From positions 7,192,001 to 7,256,000 of the forward strand of contig CM035352.1 of NCBI GenBank assembly GCA_020137815.1: a DNA stretch of 64,000 nt. Direction: 5' to 3'. The stretch's first letter is position 1, and the number at the start of each line of letters is the position of its first letter. Shown here one piece after another: positions 1 to 13,950 of this stretch. The DNA comes from Hormiphora californensis. Lineage: Eukaryota > Animalia > Ctenophora. Both the position numbers and the translations under genes were made by a program. Under the pieces are notes generated by a model, which had not been told where the DNA came from, did not search any database, and was given only the letters and a program-made list of their open reading frames with translations.

Positions 1-212
1 CCCGATCTGAGCGCACTGTTATGAATCAAAATTCTAGCGCCAGTGGATGGATGTCATGGGATTGGATTGGACTGAGCGTGGTTGGCATTTTGCCAGCGCA
101 GTGTGGGCTGGCGGTTTACTATCGGATGGTATAGTATGGGAGCTATGAACACTAGGGATCGTGACGTATTCATGACGTCACAATGACGTCACAATGTGTC
201 TATATTACTCAC

Positions 213-1977
213 GTGGAACACATCGGGCACAGCAGTCAGGTCCAGTAGTGGGTATCTTGCCACTCTCGGTACAGCTAATTCCCTGATCCTCGACACTCTT
301 ACATCCACACTTGATCTGCCCATATGTAGCACAGGTACACTCCTCACAAGCCCCAATACCCGACATTTCGGTAAACGCTTGCCCGGGTTTGGTGATGGAG
401 ACTTGTCCATCTTTTCCACGGGATCGGCAGTTGATCTCTAAAGAATAGATGAGTTGTTGCAGTTAGATCTTAAGGTTATTTAAAAAAAGAGAAGGTCAGC
501 GCCAGGCCAAAAAAGGGAGCTACTCGGCAGTTGATCTCTGGGATTTTACCATTTAGTGTTCTGCTTGTACAACAGGGAAGTGGGTAGAGAGTCTAGACCT
601 TCACTCTTCAGGTCAACTAAAAAAAGAGATGCAAGGTAACAAGCCCCTTGGCCTTGGTAACGAAATGACCCCTCTGACTGAAAAGTGTTGAGAAATTTCG
701 TTACAAAATTGAATACCTTGGCAGACTCTAAGGTTCTCCACCAGCATCTTTGCGGGCATGTTGTTCCTCATTGTGGTAGCTACCCTATTGACGGATGGGT
801 AGACTGGGGTAAAGGTGTGTACAACTGCTCCATCCACGTAGATCGTGCCAACCTGTGAAAAATACATGCACGTGGTGAAAAGGGTCTACAATCTGCATAG
901 CATAGGCAGCTGTAAAGTTTGTAAAACAACTTTAAAAGCACCGCCCCTACAATAACAGACACCACCCCTATTATAATAACAGGGACTTCACCCCTAATAA
1001 TAGGGCAGTTTGGATTAGGTATGATCCTCATACGTACCTTGTCCTGCATTTTGACAGCGATGTTATAGCTGTTCTGGACGGGTTCAACACAACCTCCAAA
1101 GTCTCGTCCGAAGAAGACTCCCTCCTCAACGTAACCCAGTTCCCAACAAAACTCATCGTCCTCGGTCATAGGCCTGTAATATATGGGACATGTTACCATG
1201 GTAATATGGATCATTGACACAAGTTACCTAGTTACCATGGTAACTGGTACATACCAGCCTGTGAAATGTGACTCTGACGTACCTGACGTAAGCGATGTCG
1301 TAGTTTTTATTATCAATCATGTTGAAAGCAATTCCATTGTAGGCGTTGGATGCGGAGTATTTTCCCAGGGATATCTGTTTCAGGTCAGCGGATACCAAGT
1401 AGTTTTTCGCTCGACTAAACTGACCTGGATAACGAAATGGCTTTTTAGCTGAAATGTACCTTCCAGCTCGTTTTGAGCGATATATGCCCTCAAATCTGAT
1501 GTTTAGGGTTTTAAACAGCTGGTTTGTCTGATATTTTTTACCTTGTTTAGTTCGTCCCACTACCGACCCCACTCTGACTTACCTTGTTTAGCCCGCCCGT
1601 AGACAGGACCAGAGCTACAGAAGTCCATATTCTCAATGTGAGGGGTGGCAACTTGAATTGTACCTCCCAACTCCTCATCTTCGTACACGTGGCTACACCC
1701 GCCCGAGTTAATATTCTGGAAATCAGTGAAACAGGAATACGTGTCTCCAACTGAGAGGGGACGATGAGGGGGATTATTATTTACTGTAGCTCATAAAGCT
1801 TTCCTGCCCTTGGCCTTAGGTTTATTACTCCTGAGTCCTGACGTAAAATCCGCACAAAACAACCGACAACATATTAAAATTAACAGGTAATCTATTAGTA
1901 GTTCAACACATACCTATTGGAGAATCATTGGCAGAGACTGCCCCAGCTAAAAGTGCTAACAACAAAACGAACTTCAT
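213..1977 (-). CDS. Secreted multi-exon protein with LamG/ConA-like region followed by a VWC (chordin-like Cys-rich) domain; 3' end runs off the window
   Basis: Phase-compatible GT-AG exons 1977-1914 (signal peptide MKFVLLLALLAGAVSA), 1750-1583, 1541-1283, 1173-1038, 852-717, 437-213. Last exon encodes C..CEECTC..IKC.C..C..DCCARC (VWC pattern). IYVDG motif suggests a LamG-like fold. Confidence 0.75.
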
Positions 1978-2121
1978 CTTCGAAGAAGTGACACGATTAG
2001 AGCCGCACCATCCCATCTTATTCTTTCACGTGCCTCATCAAACAATGTTGTAGTCTCATGACCTGTGAGCAGCTCGTCACTGTTCTCTCTCTCTCTCTCT
2101 CTCTCTCGCTCTCTCTCACCC

Positions 2122-2196
<75 letters not shown>

Positions 2197-3417
2197 TCTC
2201 TACCTCTATCCGATCCCGGTGACTGGCTAAGGAGTAAGGACGCATACCTCTTGAGAGAGATGTGCGTTTGAGAGATTTAGATCACATGGTTTGTAGGGTC
2301 CTGGACTAATCCATCAGTCCCAGAATTACTTGGTCACCAGACAGAGGGTACTATAGTGAGAGAGGAGTGAAGAGAAAGTAAAAGTAAAAAAGAGCTAGAG
2401 CTAGAGTGAGTTTTATACCTGGCTCTTCTGCATCTGCACTAATTCGTAGTGGGGGTGGGGGACTCCAATGTTGGAGCTTTATCACAATGACTATTGACTA
2501 ATTCAACTGAAATTAGATCAGTTCTTTAAAAGGAAGTTCGGTTACCGGACACATTTCTTGCCACGTATGTTATAGTCATTCACTCAGGGTCGACCCCATC
2601 TGAGCACACTGTCACGATGGCCGATGGGCGATAATTAAAACAGAGAATTAAAACAGGGTCTGGTGCAGTCACTGATGCAGAATTGTCATGAATATTCATT
2701 CTAAAATGAATTCATGAACTTTTTTAGTCGTACTCTTTGGAATGCAATGAATATTGAATAGAGTAGGGCTGCAGTAGACGACTCGATGCGTTTATTGCAG
2801 CAAAAGTAATTAGTACCCTGGAGAACTAATCACTACCAGAGAGGGCCCAGGTGCACCACCATCTCCCATATCAAACTACCAGGACTAGGGTCCCTAGTAG
2901 GGAGGAGGGAGTCAGGGAGGGGGGCTTTGGCACCTGGCTGAAATTAAATTCCATTAGCATCCAGCCATATGACATTGGGACGAGACAGTGTGCATGCAGT
3001 TGATACGAGCCAATTACAGCTTCGGCTGGAGGAGCTGATCAAAGATGATTAGAAGAGGGTGAGAAATAGAGAGATGAGCGGGGGTGAGAATTAGAGAGAG
3101 GAGCTGGGGAGAGAAATAGAGTGGAGAGGATGAGAAATAGAGAGAAGAGCTCTGGAGCAATTTAAGAAACTTCAACTACTTGTTAAACGGCGGCGTTAGT
3201 CTTTTGTTGTTGCTATTGAGGGGGCAATGGGTCTGATACTAAGCACAGGAAGATATTGAATGCACAGAGAGAGGTTCACTAATTTTGAGAGGGGGGGGGT
3301 CGAATTAACCAAAGAAGGGGGAGGGTCGAATTAACCAAATGGTCTAACACCCGGGTAGTTGACAGTAACCTGGTGACACGTGGAGGTCATGTCAAGAATT
3401 AGTGCACGGTACACCAC

Positions 3418-3425
3418 TATAAGTA
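3418..3425 (+). promoter_or_regulatory. Putative TATA box of the protease gene
   Basis: TATAAGTA about 50 bp upstream of ATG 3472. Confidence 0.35.
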
Positions 3426-3471
3426 CAGTGCCTAGTTGACCCCCTCCCAACACACACTCCCTCACACTACC

Positions 3472-5298
3472 ATGAAAACTCTACTAGTGTTGATCCTCCT
3501 GCCCCTCCTCTCCTCGGGGTTCCCATCTCCTGGAGATGAGGAGGATACTCTCCTGTCCTCAAACTTCCCTACTACTGAAGATGAAGAGGAGGCTCTCATG
3601 TCCACCCTATACGCTGAGTTTGGGATTGAATTGACACCGGAGGAAGATGACTCTGAGGAATTATCGTCGGAACAAAGCCCGATTGGACCGACCGAAGACA
3701 CCGATCCACTTCCTGCGTCTTTCGACTACCGAGATGTAGGCATTGTCTCTCCGGCTCTCAGGCAGCATGGTTGTCCATCCTGCAGTTTCCATGCTGCTAC
3801 TCTCGTTCTTGAGTCGCGGATGGCCCGGGTTGCAGAGCACTACGTCCGATACTCCATCCAGGACTTCATGACCTGCGCTAATAAGATTTGTAAAGGCTCT
3901 ACCGCCGGTGGGAACTGGAACTTCCTGAGGTCGACAAGGTACATCGCCCGATACGAAGAGTCAAAGTACGTCCAGAAAGAGTGTTTGAATTACGAGGAAG
4001 GATGTGTCTGTGGGAAGGATGATCAGAAGAACTTCCCCAATGCGTTCAACGAGCAGTTCGCCTTCATAGGACCCTCCATCAAGACCGGGAAGGGCGTAGA
4101 GAAACTCCAACGAGCTCTTCTTGGAGGACCTGTGCTAGGGATTGTGAGTAACGGCAAGCACGCGTTGACTGTGATCGGTTATAACGATTCTAAATGGATC
4201 TTGCAGGAGAGTCTAGGACCTACCTTTGGAGGCTTCAAAGATGGGACAAGAAGAGCAGCATGGGGTACATCTAACGATGACTGCATCCAGGGTCACGCAG
4301 CATACCCTGTCGTGTTCTACGACTATGACAGAGCTAATGCCTACTATACCAAGGGAGAGGGTGTTAGTGAGTCTGGACTAGTGTTTGTAGATGGGGCCAA
4401 GTGGGGAGTTGCTGAGAAGGACACTGCTGATTTAGGATCTACTAAAAACAAGTGTGCCTTCCTTGGGTCAGCTTGTAAGGGCGTGGTGACGATTGGGGGC
4501 GAGTTTAAGCTGGTAGCTGACTTCAGCGGAGCCGGTGCAGGTGATCTGGTGAACGAGAGAAAGACCCAGATGGTTATCTATCTGAGACACCATGCAACAG
4601 GGAAATACATTACACTGAAGAAGGGGAAGAAGAAGGTGACGGTGAAAACGAGCAGTAACAAAGACAATGCTGCACCCTTCTTTAGTAGTCTGGGAAGGTT
4701 TGTCTCCTACGACTACCCAGATCATGATCTAGTTGGAAAGACCCTGAAGAAGACCTCACCATCTACATCCCCCTACTCCCGGGGACCTGATGAGATGTGG
4801 ACGATGACCGATTGTGTCCTTCACAACCCCACAACCGGCATGGCACTATCCAGAGTTCCTGTTAAAAGGTGGAGTGATACTGTCGGAGGACGGGCCCTCA
4901 ACCTCACTGACCCGCTCCAGAGGTTCACTGTAGGACTCAACGAGGAGTGGGTACTAACCAACAAGATCGAGGGGGAGGATGACTATGTTCTGAGATTGGA
5001 CAGGAGGAACAATGTTATGGTGGTGCGGAACAAGGCAGACACCAGATTTGTAATGGCCAGATTGAGATGGAACGGACGACAAATTGTAAACCCCATGAGA
5101 GGTTGGGCTCTCGACTCTGACTTTTCCATCCCTGACACCATGTTCAAGTTTGGTGAGAAGGAGAAGGAGGTTCAGCCTGTTGACTGCAAGTTGAACACCC
5201 TCTACCCTAGCAACTACCTGGATGTCAACGGAAAGGGAGGCGTGGTCACCAGTTCCGATCCCGCCGGGGGTTGGACATTTGAGTATGGTGATCTTTAA
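3472..5298 (+). CDS. Intronless secreted papain-family (C1A-like) cysteine protease homologue with long C-terminal extension
   Basis: Signal peptide MKTLLVLILLPLLSSG, acidic pro-region, LPASFDYR mature start, QHGCPSC (QGxCGSC-like), SIQDFMTC, HALTVIGY, WILQESLG (YWIVKNSWG-like). Confidence 0.85.
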   Translation: MKTLLVLILLPLLSSGFPSPGDEEDTLLSSNFPTTEDEEEALMSTLYAEFGIELTPEEDDSEELSSEQSPIGPTEDTDPLPASFDYRDVGIVSPALRQHGCPSCSFHAATLVLESRMARVAEHYVRYSIQDFMTCANKICKGSTAGGNWNFLRSTRYIARYEESKYVQKECLNYEEGCVCGKDDQKNFPNAFNEQFAFIGPSIKTGKGVEKLQRALLGGPVLGIVSNGKHALTVIGYNDSKWILQESLGPTFGGFKDGTRRAAWGTSNDDCIQGHAAYPVVFYDYDRANAYYTKGEGVSESGLVFVDGAKWGVAEKDTADLGSTKNKCAFLGSACKGVVTIGGEFKLVADFSGAGAGDLVNERKTQMVIYLRHHATGKYITLKKGKKKVTVKTSSNKDNAAPFFSSLGRFVSYDYPDHDLVGKTLKKTSPSTSPYSRGPDEMWTMTDCVLHNPTTGMALSRVPVKRWSDTVGGRALNLTDPLQRFTVGLNEEWVLTNKIEGEDDYVLRLDRRNNVMVVRNKADTRFVMARLRWNGRQIVNPMRGWALDSDFSIPDTMFKFGEKEKEVQPVDCKLNTLYPSNYLDVNGKGGVVTSSDPAGGWTFEYGDL

Positions 5299-6051
5299 GG
5301 AGCTGTGGACTTTGAGAGAGGGCAGGAGATATTAAGATGTGGATTTGTCATATGTGTTATATTTTAACCCAAAATTATGTGTCCTTGACTCTAATGAAGG
5401 CCTAATTAACCACTGGGGAAATGGAACTGGCTGCAGTTGTTGAGGTACCATTACAATTGGTGTGAAATGGTTCTCCTATATGAATAACACAACCACACCA
5501 CGGATCCATGTTCCTATTGTATGGAGGGCGGAGGTCCCACGAGCCGCGGGACGAGAAGCTTTGAGTCAATCTTTGGGAGTCCCAAATCAAATGGGACACA
5601 GCACAGGTCATTGTTTGGAGCGCGCGGGGACTTGGAATTAGGGAACAGGGCGCGTAGCGTGGGAAAAACTGGGAAACTTTCCCATGCTTTTTTGGTTGGA
5701 TGATATGGGTATCGGCCGGGAAAGCAGATATGTGTCTCCGCCACTACTCTACCCAATGTTTGGTATCATATACAAAGTTATAAACACATTATCTCAAAAG
5801 GTTAAATACAAAGAATGCAAAACACTTAACTCATTAATTTCTTGTATCACAGTTTAGTAAAGTGTCCTAAAAGTCATTCTTTTTCGCACACTCTCGATCG
5901 ACACACAAGTCTTACTATTTCACAATAAATCACTGGAGCTGCTGCACAACTTGAGCCATATAAACTCTCTCACTCTCTCTCTCTCTCTCTCTTTTAATCA
6001 CAAGTTGAGAGACCTCCGTTCAGAAGGGTCCCTCTCTTTCTCTCTGTCTCT

Positions 6052-8167
<2,116 letters not shown>

Positions 8168-8749
8168 CTGAAGGGAGAATCAAGTGTTATTATTGGAATT
8201 AAAATTGAATTAATTAATTGATTTGAAAATTTAATTAGGTTATTGGAAATGTTATATTAGAGAACGATCAAATGACCCCCGCATAATACTAATTTCCCAT
8301 TCAAATACTAATTACTATGATCCCACATGTGATCCCATTCCATAGAGTCATATATAATCATGTTCATCGGAAATCATTAGGATTAATTTGTGGTAAATGT
8401 GGCCTACTTGATCATAGGCCGCCTATGATCAAGTAGTTGAACTATTCAACACCGGGATCTCTCTTTTCTCTTATCAAATCAGGATACACCCCTCATGGTA
8501 CTGTGTTTTTCAACCAGAAGCCATAGAGGGAATTGGAGGTGGATTGTACGTGGGTATGGTTAGGGTGGTACGTGGGTAAAGTAGTCTACCATCATTTTTG
8601 TCTGCTTCTGTGGTATTGTACAGGCAAAACCAAGGAAACCAAGGAATACTAACCGATAAGTGAATAAGTGAATAAGCAGTAAATACAAAAACAAAACAAT
8701 GGTGATATACCACGTGGATATAGAAAATAGGGTTAACTATGTTTTATAC

Positions 8750-8862
8750 CCCTTCTTGATATTCCCATTAGTGGCTCGAATGGTTGCCTTTTCACGCGGT
8801 TTATTAGTGGTTAGAGAGCTTCCAACCCAACTCTTCAGCGTGTAAAGCCACGCCCCTGACAT
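8750..8862 (-). CDS. Kv variable first exon V1 (MSGAWLYTLKSWVGSSLTTNKPREKATIRATNGNIKKG)
   Basis: ATG, 113 nt (3n+2), GG|GTATAA donor, in frame with acceptor at 8167. Confidence 0.6.
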
Positions 8863-9540
8863 GCCACAATGAAATCACTGGAACCCAGTTACAGATCCAG
8901 GAAATACCGGGTCCAATCGGTATACCAATACCCGATAATATCTTCAAAACCAGATCCGATCAAATAGAACAATACACGGACACAATACACGTGAAAAGAG
9001 ACGCGGGCTGACGCCAAACAATGAAATAATTTGAAAGCGTGGTACATTACGCGATATGGAAGTGGGAAATTTCCCTCCCTTTGTCCAAAACCACCCTCTC
9101 CTCCCTATTGTGCCTGTATTTCACCAAATTATTAATTCCCAAGACACGAAACACACGTACAGAGAGAGGTTGAAAAGGTTTGGTCTTGATACTATCTCTC
9201 TGGACTGATACATACTATCTCTCCCTGATACTATCTCTCTGCACTCCCTGATACTGCACTCCCTGATACTATCTCTCTGCACTGATACAGAGACAATGTG
9301 AGTGACAGTACTATTGGTCTAATGCGAGAGAATTCAGCTGAAACACGGCCTGGAAGACGATGTCTGAATTGATGTCTAATCAAAACGTGAGACAGTCTAG
9401 GGCCGAGTTTGCAATTAATTGGACACTGTTCCATTTTCAGGGCAAATACACCAATTCATAGTCACTTGTCCACCTTAGCACTGTATGAGAAACAGCATAC
9501 AGGGAAGCCGGAATTAGCATCACCACAAAATAGCACCTAC

Positions 9541-9608
9541 CCATGTCTTAGCGGTACGAAACTGGCCCTGCGTCCCCCTCCCCCATACATAGCAGCCCCG
9601 GCAGCCAT
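9541..9608 (-). CDS. Kv variable first exon V2 (MAAGAAMYGGGGRRASFVPLRHG), inactivation-ball-like
   Basis: ATG, 68 nt (3n+2), GG|GTAGGT donor; resembles the ShakerB N-terminus MAAVAGLYG. Confidence 0.75.
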
Positions 9609-10071
9609 CACTCAGCCGTTCCTTTAGTATCTAATACTACCAGTATTCTTTCCTCAGCCCGGATAGTAATAGACACTCAATGATTGAGATCTGTAGTGTC
9701 AGATGGAATCAATGAAGGATCCCGATCAGAGTGGTGACAAAGTTTAACTGTGCGGTCAATAGAACGATCAATAAAACAATCGAGGAGACATATCGAGGAG
9801 AGCTCGATGAATTGAACTAATAGCGATCATGAGCTACTTTAGTAGTAACGTTATCTTTTCAAACCAGTCGTCTGTAACGGTTTTGCGGTCATTTACATAC
9901 ACTACTTCTACTAGTACTACTTCCTCTCTCTCTGTCTCTCTGTCACTCCCTCTCTCTCTATCTCTCTCTCCCCCTCTCTCTCTGTCTCTATGTCACTCCC
10001 TCTCTCTATCGCTCTGACGCTGTATCTCTATCCCATTCTATTTCGCTTCCAGAGAGAGAGAGATAGAGAGG

Positions 10072-10133
<62 letters not shown>

Positions 10134-10154
10134 GATATAGAGACATAGAGAGAC

Positions 10155-10345
<191 letters not shown>

Positions 10346-10740
10346 AGCGACAGAGATACAGAGATGGGTATAAATGATTTCGAAAATAGTAGTGTAATTT
10401 GCCGTGCCGATCATAGCTCGTAGTAGTACTTTTGTTTAACGACACCACTCCAATTAATGCAAATTAAAATAATGCTCAAGTAGCGATCATTATACGCGTA
10501 GTCTAATCACTATATGCAGCCATGTTGTCTGGCTATTTTAGAGGACTGTTTGTGCAGTTACCAAGGCCGTATAAGTGGTCAAGTGATTCCTAATATAACT
10601 ACTATATGTTGTTACTATTAGTATCTACCAACTCATAATAATCATTGGCCTCTGTTGTATAGAACATCAGACACAACAAAACATCAGCTGATCAGAGACT
10701 CAAACGAACTGCAAGAGCATCATGGGGGCAGGGCGGTGTA

Positions 10741-11067
10741 TAATAATACCTGAATCCGCCTTGTGATAAAACCTGAATCAAGGGGACTCCCTTAAATGTC
10801 TTATGATAATACCTGAATCAAGGGGAAGCTCCCTTATGTCTTATGATAATACCTGAATCAAGGGGAAGCTCCCTTATGTCTTATGATAATACCTGAATCA
10901 AGGGGACTCAAGGGGACTCCCTTAAATGTCTTATGATAATACCTGAATCAAGGGGACTCCCTTATGCCTTATGATAACACCTGAATCAAGGGGAAGCTCC
11001 CTTATGTCTTATGATAATACCTGAATCAAGGGGAAGCTCCCTTATGTCTTATGATAATACCTGAATC
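10741..11067. repeat. ~40-bp minisatellite containing repeated copies of the V3 splice donor
   Basis: About 8-9 units of TTATGATAATACCTGAATCAAGGGGA(AG)CTCCCTTATGTC. Confidence 0.9.
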
Positions 11068-11188
11068 GCTCCAGGACGGACTCCAGGGTAATTGTGTACC
11101 TCGCCGACACACAAAGAAGGGTCTGGAGGGGCTCCGAGGGAACCTTAACTGTTGAAGTTCTCCGCACAGGAACCGCAGTAATCGGCAT
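11061..11188 (-). CDS. Kv variable first exon V3 (MPITAVPVRRTSTVKVPSEPLQTLLCVSARYTITLESVLERFR)
   Basis: ATG, 128 nt (3n+2), AG|GTATTA donor. Confidence 0.65.
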
Positions 11189-11606
11189 TTTTCAAGAGTT
11201 TCCAACCCGCTCAGATATCACGTGGTATACCCAATCAGTGATTGACTGAATCAACCAGCAGGGAGATCAGGTGCAAGGCCGGTTGGAGAACTGGAGAAGG
11301 TGGATATATTTTTACTATAGGACAAGCTGAGAGTGACAACTAACAAGGAGGAGGATGATCTAGGTCTTGTGAATTAAAACTATTCCTCCCTCTCTCTCTA
11401 TCTCTCTTCCTCTTCCTATCCCCCTCTCTATCTCTCTCTCTCTATCTCTCTCTCTTTGAAAGAAACATATACCTACTTCTAATCAACTGGAGATTGACAG
11501 TTGGCGTGTGTATATAATTCCTTGATAAGCGCTCCTTAATTTCATAGTAAACATTTCAATTACACACACATAATCATACCCATGTTAGAGGTCTAAATGG
11601 AATCGC

Positions 11607-11637
11607 AGGTCACGCAAAGACAGTGGGACACCCTGTA
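11607..11637. mobile_element. Solo terminal fragment of the Tc1/mariner-type MITE family at 34580-35778
   Basis: AGGTCACGCAAAGACAGTGGGACACCCTG-TA identical to the right end of that element. Confidence 0.7.
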
Positions 11638-11822
11638 TACGGCATGTAGGACCAAACCATTCCCCCGATCATTCCCCCCGTTCAAAACCACCAGATAGTA
11701 TAACAGTCGGCTTCATGGACCCTAGTTTACCGGTAAATCGTGGACCAATAAATTGTGGACCGACTGTACACATATTACAATTACAACGAATTAATTCACT
11801 AATTTTATTAGTGTAAACCTAC

Positions 11823-12067
11823 TCTGAATCGGTGTCGGCGCTGTAGTAACAGTTATTGAATTTGTTTCTCAACCGGGCGACAACGGAACGGGCAATCTGC
11901 AGTAAATTAACTAAACAAGGTTGCACAACAGAACGGTGGAAAAAATTAAAATTATGCCTCAAAGCACATCGTAAAACAAAGCAGTGGTTGTTATGGTTAC
12001 AGCTGTGTACCTTGGGCTGGGGAATTAGGGACCGGTGGACCCGAACATTGGACTCATCGTAGGACAT
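11823..12067 (-). CDS. Kv variable N-terminus V4, probably two exons (MSYDESNVRVHRSLIPQPK / IARSVVARLRNKFNNCYYSADTDSE)
   Basis: Exon 12067-12011 (AAG|GTAC, phase 0) and exon 11896-11823 (TGCAG| acceptor, GA|GTAGGT donor, phase 2); the intervening intron is itself open and in frame. Confidence 0.55.
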
Positions 12068-13304
12068 TTAGGAGCTTCTAGGACAGATCTATCCTGCCCT
12101 AAATTAGGAGAAACTATAGGAGTCTAGGACATCTACACCCGTGTCTGGGTTGGGGGAAACTTGTCAGAGTCTCGCAAATAATACCGATCTATTCAACAGA
12201 AGTCCTATAATATAGAACCAGCCAAAATGAGGGGAGTTCTAAAGCTGATGACCACTAATGATGGCAACACGAAGTGTCTCATTTTCGGGTATATAGACAC
12301 CTAATTATAGTGTTCTAGCCTCCATAAGAGAGGGTGGGATGCAAAGGGAACAATGAAGTTGACTTCAAACAAGCTCTTTAGATCTTCTCCCGATCCCCAG
12401 ACTGAATTGGATCTATTAGCTCTAAGGAGTGAAACAATTGCAATTCCTGGAACTAGTAGGCTGAATTCGACTAGTATAAGTTGAAGCCTGTTTGACGCTG
12501 TGAGACTGTCTTTCCAAGAACCAAAACAACGTGCTACAGTATGTAAAACATGCGTGGCACTATCCACACCAAGTTTATACAATTACCAAGTTGAATATGT
12601 GCACAAAGCCGGGCCTGCTTGTAAAGGATAGGTGGTATTAGCTTAGTGGAAAATTGCACAGTAAACATGTTGTACGAGAGTTTATAAGCCATCATGTGAC
12701 AAAAACCTGGTCGCGGGTAAGGGAGAGAGATAGAGAGGGAGAGAGAGAAGAGAGAGAAAACGACTCCCATCTCCTTTAAAACTATACTTCTTGATCCCTT
12801 TTCCTTTCTCCCCCCCCCACTTTCGCCCCTCCTGATTTAATTTGTTCCTTAGCTGCTTCTTCATGGTATACATTAAATACAATTAGTGCAAGTGAATTAT
12901 TCCGAATCCGGCAATTTTTTTGGTTTATTTGGGGACTTGGGCCGAGCCTTCAAAAGACCTAGAATGAGAAAAAACGACTGGATTCTCGATATCAAAACGA
13001 TGAGAGAATAAATTTCGATAGGAGTCGATAGCAGCAAGATAAGGGATAGAGAAGAGGAGCGAGATGAGGAAGAGAGAGAGAGAGAGGAGATAAGGTGTAG
13101 ACGTAGAACAGAAAGTTTCGATAATGTATACCAGAACTGCAGGAGCAAATGTTAGGACAATAGGTAATGAATTAACGTACGTTTATTTGTAGCGTAATGC
13201 TAAAAAACTATATCTCACATAAAAAAAAATTATTAAACCCTACCCTAAAAAAAAAACCTTTCCTTTTTTTTCCTTTACCCGTTCAACCGATTACTAAGCC
13301 TGAG

Positions 13305-13404
13305 NNNNNNNNNNNNNNNNNNNNNNNNNNNNNNNNNNNNNNNNNNNNNNNNNNNNNNNNNNNNNNNNNNNNNNNNNNNNNNNNNNNNNNNNNNNNNNNN
13401 NNNN
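13305..13404. other. Scaffold gap (100 N) with duplicated, error-rich flanks
   Basis: N run; ~12850-13210 is a degraded copy of ~13560-13925. Confidence 0.95.
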
Positions 13405-13685
13405 ATACCATCATTGACAAAACTGGTTTCGCGTTAAGGGAGGAGTGGATAGTAGGGAATTAGAGAGAGAAGTATTATGTAAGCTCGGTAATGAAGAGTA
13501 GAGAGGTAGAGGAGAGAAGAGAATACCACCACTGGTTTCGAAAGTCTGTAGGGAATTTAGCGCTTCATGGTCAATACAATTAAATACAATTAGGGCAAGT
13601 GAATATTAAGATCCAGGCAGATTTTGGTTTAATTTGGGCACTGGGCCGAGACTTCAAAGACCGAGAAAGAGAAAAAGAGTGAGAG

Positions 13686-13802
<117 letters not shown>

Positions 13803-13950
13803 AGGTGTAGACTGTAGACAGAAAGTTTCGATAATGATAACCAGGAACTGCAGGGAGCTAAATGTTAGGTAAATAGGTAATGAATTAACGACGTTTTATT
13901 CGTAGCGTAATGCTAAGAAAAACTATATCTACACAGTAAATTTATACCTA

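Noticed and set aside
1974-2271. ORFs rich in ER/SL dipeptides here and at ~7.1, 10.0, 19.5-20.4, 25.7, 27.0 and 57.3 kb
   Set aside because: Translations of (AG)n microsatellites.
10741-11067. Regular repeats resembling a CRISPR array (also 24901-25231 and 63879-64000)
   Set aside because: Head-to-tail units without unique spacers, no cas genes, eukaryotic context: minisatellites.
12587-12694. Possible extra Kv variable exon (MMAYKLSYNM..IQL)
   Set aside because: Donor is phase 1, incompatible with the 8167 acceptor; the phase-2 frame has a stop and no ATG.
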